The position numbers and the translations under genes were made by a program. The notes under the pieces are model-generated. The model was not told the origin of the DNA and searched no databases. It saw nothing but the letters and a program-made list of their open reading frames with translations. DNA of 63,991 nt, filler included, from Perkinsus olseni (lineage: Eukaryota), in the NCBI GenBank assembly GCA_013115125.1. It is 5 parts of 5 records of this genome, joined end to end, with 100 filler letters (N's around TTAATTAATTAA, not from the genome) between each part and the next. Parts side by side here need not be neighbours in the genome. Positions count along the whole stretch, not along the records: positions 1 to 13,302 come from JABANN010000763.1; positions 13,403 to 26,699 come from JABANN010000764.1; 3 more parts are not named here. One strand, written 5' to 3'. Shown here piece by piece: positions 10,660 to 22,420 of this stretch; the first letter of the stretch is position 1; each line of letters opens with the position of its first letter.

Positions 10660-13286
10660 GCTGCTCTTCTACAAGGACCAGGGTGCAGGGAACCAGTGGT
10701 TCTACAAGTTTGGGTGCATCGGAGCTCTCGCGAAGGGCCAGCCCCGTCCTCACTGCGCTCTGTATTGTTGAGGGACTTGGCTCGTATCACTGGCATTGCA
10801 CGTGCAGATGTGTAAGTGTGCTCAGCGGTGCATCGTGGAGTGTCTCTAAGATGTCCAAGGATAGACCTATGTTTGACAGCGATGCGTGGCCTCGAGTGAA
10901 GCATGAGAGTGGTGGACTCTTACAGTTCGGGGAGCCGGCAGCCACTCGATGGCCCGATTATATCCCGCGGGCACCGGTTCTAATTGCGGGATATAATCGG
11001 GGTTTAATATCTCAACCTGGTGTTCTGCGGCGAACCCGGCAGTGGCAAAACCTACATCATTTTCATGTCAAAGCTCTATGCGAGAGGCCGAGGGTTGGAA
11101 GTCTTGGTCACAAGCATTAGCACTGAGAGGGCCACTGAGATGGGCGGATACCACATCCACTTTTAATAATTCATGCCTATTCATGCAGCATCGCAAATCG
11201 GAGGAACCAATTCTCCTTCTGAAAATTTGTTTTAACCGAAGGCTCCAGAACGAGGGATGCAACGTGATCTCTTCTCTACAGAGATGAAGTGTGGATGCCT
11301 CCATTGTTACTGGCCGTTCTTGAGTCACTATTCACGTTACGGTCCTGCGTATTGGGTCAAATTGGTGGGGAAAGCTCACTATCAATTCAATAGTCTGGAA
11401 GGGAGGCCTTTCAATTCAAAGCTTCCGAGTTATGCGACACTCATTGGTTGTAACACTTTACACAATCACTGTGGAAAGTTACATCGACGTAATTTCGATC
11501 ATCAGGTGCTTCTACACTATGGTTGATATTCTATCTCCTCCCGACCTGTTCAGGTGCTTATGTGCCGACAGGCTCGTGTTGATGGCATGGATGAATACAT
11601 AGACGTTACAGGAAGGAAACAATGTACGGCTGGTCTTCGTAGACTTGCGCCTGCGTGTTCAATGAGCAATGTTTATTTTCGTCGTCGACGCTCCCTTCCA
11701 TCCAGTCGTCGGTTTTTGTCTGCTAGCCTAGCAGTGCTAGGTACGATCAGTTGGGGAGCTGTTCCTTCGATTCTGTCGGTCCAGGGTCGGACTAACGTAA
11801 GACCCTATGAGCGGTGCTGGGAATTATCAGTCAGTGTCAGGATGAGACTACTGATTCTGATATGAGGACCCTGGCTGATGCGGTTCTCGAAGCATTCGAA
11901 GGACAAGGCATGACCAGCGGGGTTTGGATCAAGTACACAAATTAATCTAGATCTCTGATAATTCGCAGAGTTACAACGTAAAACCTAATTTTTTTGCGAA
12001 ACTAACGCTTACCGTGATAGCCACTGCCCGCATCCGGGGTTTCCCGGCCTTACGAACGTCTGTTTGTTATTCAGGGATGGTGCGATCCACATTGTAAGGT
12101 CCTCGTTGGTGATGAGAGAGCGGGGCTTATGGTGAGTTCGCTCCGCAGTTTACCATTAGATCTGGGAATTCTGTGGATTGCTATGAATCAACCATCGGTG
12201 TATTTTGATGGCTGTAGGTCCGGCTCGTGGCTTGCTGAGTACGCGGTAAGAACGAGTTCTGGAGGGAGCGGTTGGACGGTGACAGGGAGTCTGAAAATCC
12301 GCACTCATTTCTGGGAGGACAGCAACGTTCAGGTGAGCGTAGGGGACCACAGCCGCCAAGAGTCGCGTCTGTCGAAGTAGGGCCTACTTAGTAGGCTGTG
12401 GAGCCTAGAGTGAGAGCTCTTTCGCAATTTCTGCCACGCCGACAGTGCTGGGAAGTAGGGGAATCGTAACACCTCGTGGGAAATAGGCTTCCGTGTAAAG
12501 TCTTGACTCATGATGAAGACTTCTCAAGCGGATTTTCAGCAAAATAGTTCCATCACAGACGAGACAGTTGGAGAGTTGTGTCGGCTGCTTCTACGTTTCA
12601 GAGCACATTCACGAGACGCATGCCGGTGTCGGTCACTACGGATGGAAATCCTGTGGCGCGCGAAGTGGTCAGGATTGTTCATGATTTCGAAAATAAATGT
12701 CACGCATCTTTGGATGGCTTGGTCGACACTTCATGTCGCGCAGCCTGCAAGGTGAGATATGCGACCGAAATTTCAGAGCGTTTCATGAAGAGAGATAGGG
12801 GAAGTTGTTCTTTGTTACATCGCTTCGCTTCTAGACGATCTATCGGGTATTTGTAGAATGTGGTCAATCGCTCGTCAGCTTCAATATCCAGATTTGGTTT
12901 CAAAAAATGAATCCCGAAATTGAGGATCCTAGTGGGCGCATCTTCTTGAGATTAGCAATTCAAAGTTTTGTACCTTGAATTTTCAGTCATAATCAGCTCC
13001 GTCAATTCTGCTCGACTTTTCCGTGTCCGATCGATCGAGGAAGCGCTCGTGAATTCCCCCTGGTTGCGCGTAACGCTGCCCGATGAGTCGGAAAATATCG
13101 AAACTTCTTCACATATGCGCGGTGAAGGCGGGCTGATGATACATCAGTGTTGATCAGGCCTTGAGGAGACGACAACCCATGAACGGTTTGAAGTTCGATT
13201 GGAATGTCCATCGACAGACTCTCAGTAGGGATCTCACTGATAACACGGCCCAGCTGGTCGATGCTAAGCCTGCTAGGTGGCAATGA
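10660..13286 (+). CDS. CAPZA: F-actin capping protein alpha subunit, multi-exon; start approximate
   Basis: Exons read VLMCRQARVDGMDEYIDV (11554), SGSWLAEY...GSLKIRTHFWEDSNVQ (compare GRWRSEW..LKIQVHYYEDGNVQ), and VRIVHDFENKCHASL..ACK|ALRRRQPMNGLKFDW (compare KALRRQLPVTRTKIDW). Stop TGA at 13284-13286. Confidence 0.82.
10953..11001. repeat. Perfect 16-bp inverted repeat with 17-nt spacer; possible MITE/transposon-end remnant
   Basis: cccgattatatcccgc (10953-10968) pairs with gcgggatataatcggg (10986-11001). Confidence 0.85.
11008..11165 (+). mobile_element. Degenerate PIF1-family helicase fragment (Helitron or other TE-type)
   Basis: Frame not in the ORF track: YLNLVFCGEPGSGKTYIIFMSKLYARGRGLEVLVTSISTERATEMGGYHIHF, bounded by stops. 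It has a Walker A motif plus a PIF1 motif Ia-like VTSxxxxxAxxxGGxxIH. Confidence 0.6.
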
Positions 13287-13302
13287 GATTCTAATTAGGT
13301 TT

Positions 13303-13402
13303 NNNNNNNNNNNNNNNNNNNNNNNNNNNNNNNNNNNNNNNNNNNNTTAATTAATTAANNNNNNNNNNNNNNNNNNNNNNNNNNNNNNNNNNNNNNNNNN
13401 NN
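13303..13402. other. Assembly linker (N-run/TTAATTAATTAA/N-run)
   Basis: 100-nt spacer with stops in all six frames. Confidence 0.98.

Positions 13403-13473
<71 letters not shown>
13403..13473 (+). repeat. (AAC)n microsatellite at contig start
   Basis: About 23 perfect AAC units. Confidence 0.97.
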
Positions 13474-13732
13474 CTGCATCACATACATTCCCCCGCCTCA
13501 ACCGCCTATTCAGTTCGATACCGGGGGATGGTGAGGCCACCCTCGATCACTTGGCAGTAGTAATGTAGTCCACCAAGAACACAACAACGAGTACTGTTGT
13601 TAGTCAATCTGGAGGAGGAGGGCACACTGAGGGGGATGACAGTCCACCCGATGACGATGATGCAGAAGGAGAGGGTTGCTCATCATCCATCCTGAGGATG
13701 AAGGTGTAATGCATGGCGGGAAGGCCCTCATA

Positions 13733-15565
13733 CTACCGCCGCTGGGCCTCGATAAGCTCTGGTAAATGTAGATGATCCAACATAGCTGTACCACTACCAG
13801 GCCTAATCAATACCACTCCTCACTCAATACTACCATCATTATAATATTACATGCTCTTCCTCTCCCATTCTCGTACCACTAATAGCCTCCTCAATGCATC
13901 AACGGTACTCTGCCTCAGGCTATGTTCCACTATCCATCCCTCATCGTATGAAAGTGTTGGTATCCCTCCTTCCGACTGGTGGTCTACACGCCGACAAATA
14001 CTACCAAAATCAAGCAAACCCGCTTACCATCGTGATGTCCACCATCATGACTACTACTTGTCGTCGTCGTCGTCGTCGTAGAGGTTGCAGCAGCAGCAGC
14101 TGAGGTATCCTCATCGTATCGACAGGTATCAGCGAACCCAGCACGGGCCAATGACCGGGTGCACACCTCTTCCAGACTCAAGGGAGGTATCTTAGGTTCA
14201 AGCGTGACTACCACACAAAGATACTGTTGCCCACATGTGAGGGGGTGTCCTGGAACCACGGATGGTTGAGTACTTCATCGAAGGACTGTGGACGGGAGTC
14301 CTCATTATTACACCATCTAATGGTGATGATGATGATAGTCCATCATAGTAGTAGTAGTACTACTACTACCGCATCATCATTACCTTATTAGATCCAAACA
14401 TGATGGCTCTATTCCAACACCATCAGCAGGGAATTGAAGATCATGGTGTCTTATACGCAGGTAAATAAGATATTCCGAACCTAAGATTCTCTTACTCACT
14501 GCAAAGATTCTGCAACTACATCACTACTACTATTACCAGCAACATAGGGTGGTATGCCAAACCTGACCTGATAGATGGTTCCACCAAAACTCCATATATC
14601 TGATCTCTCGTCATTCTCCTTGTTCATTATAACCTCAGGGGCCAGGAAGTTAGCAGTGCCCACGTAATGCTGCCAACAATGGATGATACAAACCCGCACA
14701 GGTTCTATCCCCGGTGGTGGTATTACCTTCATATGTTTATTAAAGCACATATTGCCAGCCCCCTGTATTTGTGGATTGAGTAGATCGCGGGCCGTCCCAA
14801 AATCACACAACTTGAGGGTCCGACGATCGGCAGATAACAGAGCGTTCTCAGCCTGGATGATGTAGGGGGACAACAACAGCTTCTGCGGCGGCGGCGGCAG
14901 CCTCCTGCCTACTACCTTAACGTCTCTATGGACAATACCTGCCTGATGGCAGTATCGTAATGCCTCTGCCATCTGTTTGAGGTAGTACTTGGATTGCCCT
15001 TCACCCAGGCCACAATGGGCTACTAGATTCCATAATTCACCTATTGACGACGGTACTCCACAGTAGTAGTGATCGTAGTATAACTACTACTACTACCTCC
15101 TCCTCCACAATACTCGGTGACTATGTAACAATTGTCAGGGTCAGTGAAGGTGTAGAGGAGTTTAATAATGTTTGGATGGTGTAGTCTAGAGAGGGCATGC
15201 TTCTCCATTAGCACATCTGCATAGGACCAACTATCTATGGGAGGGGCAAACAGTCACTCACCCTTCTCCTTTTTAGCACGTCGAACCTCATCCTTGTTAA
15301 AGACCTAACAGGACTACCAACGGACTAGCTTCAAGAGCATTCCTACTACTACCTTTAATGCTACTAGACTATCATCAACCTCATCTCGAGCCCTGTACAC
15401 AGTACAAAAGTTACCACTACCAACTTCCTCCTACAACCAATAACAACGCTGCTGACATGACCAATACCCCGCATCATCATGTTCGAACAGGTCCTGTTAC
15501 TGTACCTGATCCAAGAATTCCCCTGAGATTCGCTTTCTGGGTGGCGGTGGGTTAGGGAAGGACAC
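13733..15565 (-). CDS. Ser/Thr protein kinase, PDK1-like (AGC-related), multi-exon; start approximate
   Basis: VGSGNFCTVY, VALK, DVLMEKHALSRLHHPNIIKL, HRDVK|AEN, DFGTA, HYVGTANFLAPE, SDIWSFG, LNHPWF. The GNF glycine loop and DVLMEKH resemble apicomplexan PDK1-type kinases. Confidence 0.85.
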
Positions 15566-15673
15566 TTTGGTAATAAAAAAGAAAAGCTAGATTTGTTAGA
15601 ATATCCATGGTCCAACCAGAGACACCCGTATCAAAGACAAAGGTCGTTAACATGCACAATAATGATGATCATC

Positions 15674-15675
<2 letters not shown>

Positions 15676-15734
<59 letters not shown>
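15676..15734 (+). repeat. (ATC)n microsatellite beginning at the S41 stop codon
   Basis: About 19 CAT units. Confidence 0.95.
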
Positions 15735-18644
15735 CATAACAGGTCCACAATAACCTCCTCCTCCTCCTCCTCCTCCTCCACCGCTGCTACTATCGGAGTG
15801 CCAATCCCGTGCAGCTACGACATATCGTTGTATAGGTACTCTATCGTGTAAGGATCGAGCCCACATCCTGACATGGTAATGACTAGGCATCTCATACCAT
15901 TGTACAGGTAATGACTGCTGCCCCAAGGCTGTATGGAAGGCCATATTGAACGTGAATGACGCAGTGGCAGTAGTAGGGAAGATGGTCGCATAGTGTATCC
16001 AGTTATTAGCATAATACCTCTTGGACCATGGTGAGGCACCTAGAGTACCCCAGTGTGCTAGATGTGATGCTATAGAGAACCTCGGCCAGAAGTGATCATA
16101 GGACACGACATTACCACCAGCATACGATCCAAACGCCATGGCCTTGTCTATTCTACCACCAAAAGTGTATGTTGTTGCCCGCTTCGAGAGGTATAGAGTA
16201 GCAGCTACAGTGGTACATGCTGAACCACATCTACCGTCAGTAAGGACTGCTACCTCCTTCCAGTAGGACCAGTCGGCAGCAGCAGCAGCAGGTCCGACCC
16301 CAGAGGGGGCGTAGTGACGTTGGAGAGCTGGCATTTGGCGATTGATGATGTCTTGACACAATCGCCATGGTGCACGGTGGGAGTAGTTAGAAGAGGCTCC
16401 CCAATGATGAGTCTCTGGATGCTCATACTGTCTTAATGGGGGGTCGAAGGGTGCACCAGTTGCAGGGTCAACGAAGTCGTTATTACCGAAGGGATACCAA
16501 CCAGTAGAGGAGCGTGTGATATCCTCCCGAGCTGATTCTGTTAAGAATAATTGATGTTGGAGTATTTGAAGGAAGGCCCATCTCCGAGCCTTACCATCCT
16601 GCATGCCTAGTACCCAGGCTTCCAGACCATCTACATTCCTCAATGCCCCGTCAAGGTCATCACCGATCATTGATTTGTCTATAACCGCTGCATACCTCAG
16701 GATTGATCGTAGCTCATCCATCCTCTCCTGTATAAAGGCATCATCCTCCAACCTACGCCACACCCTCCTAGCACCATCATCGATAGACTTGGACCAGTGG
16801 AAGGCGAAGGACTGCAGCCATAGCCGCCAATGGTTGGTAATGTGCTTAGCTTGGGGTTGGCATACCTCGGACGGGGTTAGTAAATACCATAACACGGCGA
16901 ATGCGCTGTTGAGGGACCCTCCTGTGTTACCAGAGAGATCCAATAGGATCCTCCTTATGCCCATTCTACGGGCCTCTTGTTGGATTTGAAAGAATTGTGG
17001 TAGTAATATATCATGAGGTTTGGTGGTATGAGGTGATATCGAGAAGGTAGTAATGACCACAACCATGGCATTGGCCTCCACCCTCCACTTCAATACCCCA
17101 CCTATGGCCTCCTTCCAGCGGGGTATTTGTGCTCTACTACTAGCAGCAGTGTCCAAGGCTCCACTGCTGCCTCTTACCATCATAGGGTGAGGAATGCCAT
17201 CATCACTACCATGAGTGGTACTACTACCAGGCCTTCTAATCTTCTTATCAACTAAAGCGGAGGTGACTCGCCTCCTCCCCTCACCGTCGTCATCACCGTT
17301 CATACCGTTGACTACCTCCTCCGGTGCACTGGGGTCGGGCCGCCGTCTAGCATTGTCAAGGACCTTGGTGACGGCACGATCGAGTTGGGGGTCGGCGGCT
17401 AGGTTGGTATTGGGAGTATCTGTCAGTGTGTCCATGAATCTTCCAAACTCCCTCTTCTCCATATCAATAACATAATCGAACTGCGTATTACGATTGATGA
17501 GGGAGTTGTAGACTCTCCAGCTGAGGCCATCAGACACTCCCATGGACTCCATGCCTTTACTATAGTCTATCAACTTACCCAGCCACTCGATGGTGTCCGA
17601 AGTACCATCTTCATACACAACCTGGAGTGGGGTGATATCAGCACTACTAACATGATACCAGGCCAAAGGGATGTATAGCGGACCATCGTTAATAAAGAAC
17701 CAATCATTAATACGCTGATTGACACCTAGATGAAGGCCCTTAAGTACCCCTCCTGTGACCATGGACTCCATCCACTCCAATACCTCCTGTCCATTGATGG
17801 TGGCTATAGGTGATAGGTAGTTGTAGTGATGCACAGTCGGCCACTTGGTGAATATCTTACGGTACTCGACATCCAACCCAACCTCCCGTAGACGTACCTT
17901 CTGAGTGCTACCATCAGGACATGGTCTATCATTACTACTACAGACGGGTTCAAAGCCAACAGGTAGAACAAAAGTGAACATGTTCAGTGGACTTTGGTAG
18001 TAAGTGTGGGCATCATAGAGACTATTAAGGACATCCATAACCCCACCATGGAAGGGTAATGCGGGAGTGGGGCCCTTCAAGTACTCCATCCTCCTCTTAC
18101 CGGTCATACCCTTAGTTGCTTTAGCCATTTCTTCGATTTTTCTATCAAATATTCCAATCAGATCCACGCGGATATCGTAGACTTGAAAGCCGCAGGTATT
18201 GTTCTGAATGGATGCGGTACTATCTTTAGCAATGTCCGTGAAGGCATATGCCTCAGCAACCCCATACCTGAGGTTATGTAGGGTGAAGAGGGCATCGAAA
18301 CGGCTGATGGTGAGCTGTGACACACATCGCATCAGGGCTTTGCCCGAGGACCATCTCTCAGTGATGTCCTCACGAGCGGGTATATCATACTCATTAGATA
18401 CCCCTTCTAGGGCTGCACAGGAGTCCACAGCATCCTCTGCCAAGTACAGTCTCCCGGTGGATGATGCACTTATACGATTGTTCATGGTCGATGTGGTGTT
18501 GTGATGATGATGATGATGATGATGATGACCAGTAGGAGAATCATCATGAGTAGAGCCACAGCCGAGGAGATGGAGGCTGAGGAAGGCTGATAGAAGGATG
18601 GATGATAGGAAGAGGGGCGAAAGGAGGCTGGTGATGGTGTCCAT
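15732..18644 (-). CDS. Peptidase S41 (fungal/CPAF-like tail-specific protease) with lipobox-like signal; intronless
   Basis: LYDAHTYY, LLDLSGNTGGS, VAVLTDGRCGSAC, GGNV. The hydrophobic N-terminus ends LHLLGC. Likely ATG at 18644 (the ORF extends to 18818). Confidence 0.75.
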
Positions 18645-18818
18645 TAAGGTGGAAGAAGGCCTGCAAGGCGTGGTCATGATGATGATGATGATGCAGCCCA
18701 GGAAGGCATGAACACAACATACCTTGATAGTGGTAGTGTACACACAGTGATGAACATGAACACTATCAAACATTAATCCACCAGCATCTGCTGCTGTTGC
18801 TGGTGGAGGCAATGACAA

Positions 18819-19628
18819 TCAATGACGTCTTAATAGAAGAGAAGGGGCTACAGGTGGTGGTGGAGGAGGAGGAGGAGGAGGAGGAGGCCAGAAGTAGCGT
18901 TCCACTGCTGCCTTGGCATCATCATCGTCCACCTTGGGGGTAGCAGCCTGTGTACGGCAATAACCTAGATGTGGATACTGTGGATTATTGAGATCAGCCT
19001 GCCAATCCCTCGATGCTATATCCTGATAGATATCTTGTCGTTGTGTAGAGTCCCTTGGCCAACTATGGATATGTCTATGACTTGGTATCACATACCATTG
19101 TATTGGTAATGCATGATGGCCTAGGGCACGATGGAAGGCCATATTCCAATTGAAGGTGGCAGTAGCCCTAGTAGGGAAGGCAGTGGCGAAGTTAACCCAG
19201 TCCAAATCATTCAGCTGAGACCACTTAGCCTGACCAAAGGTAGCCCAATGACCGAGATGAGCAGCTAGGTTGATCTTAGGCCACACTCTAGCATAGTTCT
19301 CGACATTCCCCCCAGTGAAGGCAGACACAGTCATGGGGTGATGGGCCAAGCCACCGAAGGTGTAGGCAGTGGCCTTGCCGTACAGCTGCAGGCCCATGGC
19401 GAACATTGAACAGGCTGACCCACACCCACCATCAGTAAGGATAGCTATCTTACTCCAGTAGCCCCTCTGCCATTTAGGATCAATACGACGCTGTATCTCA
19501 GCCATCCTAGGCAGGACCTCCTCCCTACAGAAAGCCCAATCACCTTTAATAGAATACTCAGAATACTGAGGACCCCATCTCAGGCTACGGGGATGGGTGT
19601 ACTCTGAAAGCTGGTTAGCGGACTTGCC

Positions 19629-19670
<42 letters not shown>

Positions 19671-21743
19671 CGGCAACAATTGGTGTGGTAGGAAGGGGTA
19701 CCATCCCTCAGGTGGGGATATCTCCTCAGCATGATCTCCGTGGATGAACTCTCTATTCATGAGTATCCTTTCTACTGCGTATCTTCTTTCCTTCAAGCTA
19801 AGATTCTCCAACTCCTCGAGAGTGTCGTCTATCCATCTCAACTCACTGGAGAAGTCCCCAAAGCCCGGTATGATATGGGAAGCGTATTTGTATAGTACGC
19901 GAAGGTCATTGAACTTCTCTCGAAGGAAGGGCATACTGCCTAGGTCCTCCTCACCGGCCGACTTAATACCAGCTGCCACTGATTCATTCCAATGTGAGGC
20001 GAAGGATTGAACCCAGAGCTGCCAATGCTGTGTCATATGCTTGGACTGAGGTTGACAGATATCTTCTGGTGCATCTACGAAGTGCCACAGGGCCGCCATT
20101 GAGGATATAACATACCCTCCTGAGTTGGCCGACAGGTCTAGGAGTATACTGGTAACGTTCCTGCTCCTGGCTGCTCGCTGTACCTCAAACAACACTGGTA
20201 GATAGAGGAACTCATCGTTGGGAGTAGTAGTGGTGGGAGGTTGGTCTGGTATGAGGAATGTTGGTATTACTACTACTGCCATATCCTCATCAATCTTCCA
20301 TCGTATTGGGCCATTGTAGTTCCAAAAAGAAGCTCCGGCTGCCGAGTGTGGACGACGGCGGCGGCCTGCTAGGGACGCCTCATTACCAGACCGACGGCTA
20401 CTCCGATGGAAATACTTATCATTCAAGCGGATATTGAGGAGCTCCCCTCCAGCTACTTGGATAGATTCTACTGCTGCTGGCAGTTGTTGTTGTTTAGCCC
20501 TTATGGTGTTGAGAGTATGGATGATGGGAGTAATGGCTTTATCCATCTCTACATCACCACTACTAGAGGTAACATTCCATATGCTAGCCATGTCTCGGTG
20601 TAGTAGGTTCCTCTCAATGTCAAGTACATAGTCAAACTTCTCATTAAGATTGACCAAAGCATTGTATGTTCGCCACGATAGGCCTTTGGATACCCCGCGC
20701 CCCTCCAAGCTAGGGGAGTAGTCTAGGAAGCGGACTAGCCAATTGACTCGGGCCTTCTGACCATTACTCAAGGTTATGTCAATATACTGTTTCTTAGGTG
20801 GGCTACGATATGATAGGGGTATCTGTATCGAGTCACTGACGAAGAATGCTTGATTGATACGTTGGTTGGGGTCAGAGTAGAAACCCTTCAATGGCCCGTC
20901 ATTGGATACCATAAACTTGAGCCATTCGATAACATTCATACCATCTATCTCGATAATCTCATCTCCTGAGCTACCCTGAGTGGTAGCATGCCCGTATAAC
21001 TCAGTATAGACTACTTCCATGTGCAGGTTACACAACCATAGGACCTGTCTATCACCAAGAAGCCCTGTATCAAAGCATATTGGCAAGGTCCAAGTGAAGA
21101 TGTCCAAGGGGCTGATGTAAAGAGTATGAGCATCATTCAACTTGTTAAATTCATCCATGATCTCGCCATGGAATTGTAGCGCTGGAATCTTACCTTCTAA
21201 GAACCCCTGCCGACCCTCTGCGGTCTTGTCCCCGAGACCATCGGTAAATTGGCGTATCTTATCATCCAGGAACCCGACTAGGTCAACCTTGACATCATGG
21301 ATACCGAATCCACACTCGTTGGACTGTTGGGACTTTTGAGAATCCTTTGCAATGGCGGTGAAGGAATACCCCTCAGCCACGCCATAACGTAGATTATGTA
21401 GAGTAAACAGGGCATCATGCCTGGTAATGGTGAGGGTATTCAAGCACTTAATAACATCTTCACCACTACCCCAACGTACATTAGCAAGGCCAGTAGAGTC
21501 CATACCGGCTATGATTGACTTATCATTCAGATCAGCACAATAATCATGCTGCCCAACCCCAACCCCAGCATCCCCACCACTGAATATCCTACTCAATTCA
21601 CGTAGTAGTCGTTCTACTAATGGCAGATCCCATGGCCTGTCGCTTGCCAGTATACCTGTGTTGTCAGAGGGGCCACAGCCTAGGAGTAAGAATGATAGGA
21701 GGAGGGTGATGAGGGAATAAACCCCATTGTCAATAGCATTCAT
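18819..21743 (-). CDS. Peptidase S41 paralog with lipobox-like signal; intronless
   Basis: LNDAHTLY, LLDLSANSGGY, IAILTDGGCGSAC, GGNV. Signal MNAIDNGVYSLITLLLSFLLLGC. Shares DALFTLHNLRYGVAE with its neighbour. Confidence 0.75.
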
Positions 21744-22420
21744 AATATAATAAGAAGAGGCCTGAGATAATGTTCTCACCGGGGATAGAACCCGATACCT
21801 ATACCGTCATTAACACGGTCCATTCCTTGATCGCAAAGACTTGGGAGAGGTGTAGGGGTATACTAGGCAACAACATCGATTCCTTTTTCCATTGTCTTGG
21901 AAATCTTGCTATCTTGGATTATCTTGCATATCCTCCAGACTGGCGCAGATGATACGGTGGTTGTTGATGATGATGAGGCACTCTATCGTTGTTGTTGTAG
22001 TTGGGTATCTTTTTGCATCTAGTAGTACTATGCCTCGAAGGCAGAGCGGTGATTCATCTACTAAGAGTAATAAAGGGAGGAAGGCTAGTACCACAACAAC
22101 ACCAACACCAGCAGAAGGAGGAGGGGGCCTTGGTGCAGTCTTCGCAGCAGCAATACCTACACAACAGGGTACTACTACTACTACTATCAATACTAGTACC
22201 ATCCACCTACTAGTCTCTTGTAGTTGATATATCACCAGCACCAGGGGCAGCAGGTGATAGTTTTGCTGCCGACTTCCCGACTTTTGAGGAGGGCCCAGCC
22301 CCTCCCAGGGGGGCCGCCCCTCCACGCAAGGGGCCAGCTAGGACAGCACCACCACCTAGACCCACGAATGGTAGGAGGGGATGTTAAGGCTGCTCTTGAT
22401 GGTTACCAGCAGTTCCAACA

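Noticed and set aside
11554-12400. RT-like words RLVFVDL and LGILW
   Set aside because: The region resolves into capping protein alpha exons and introns.
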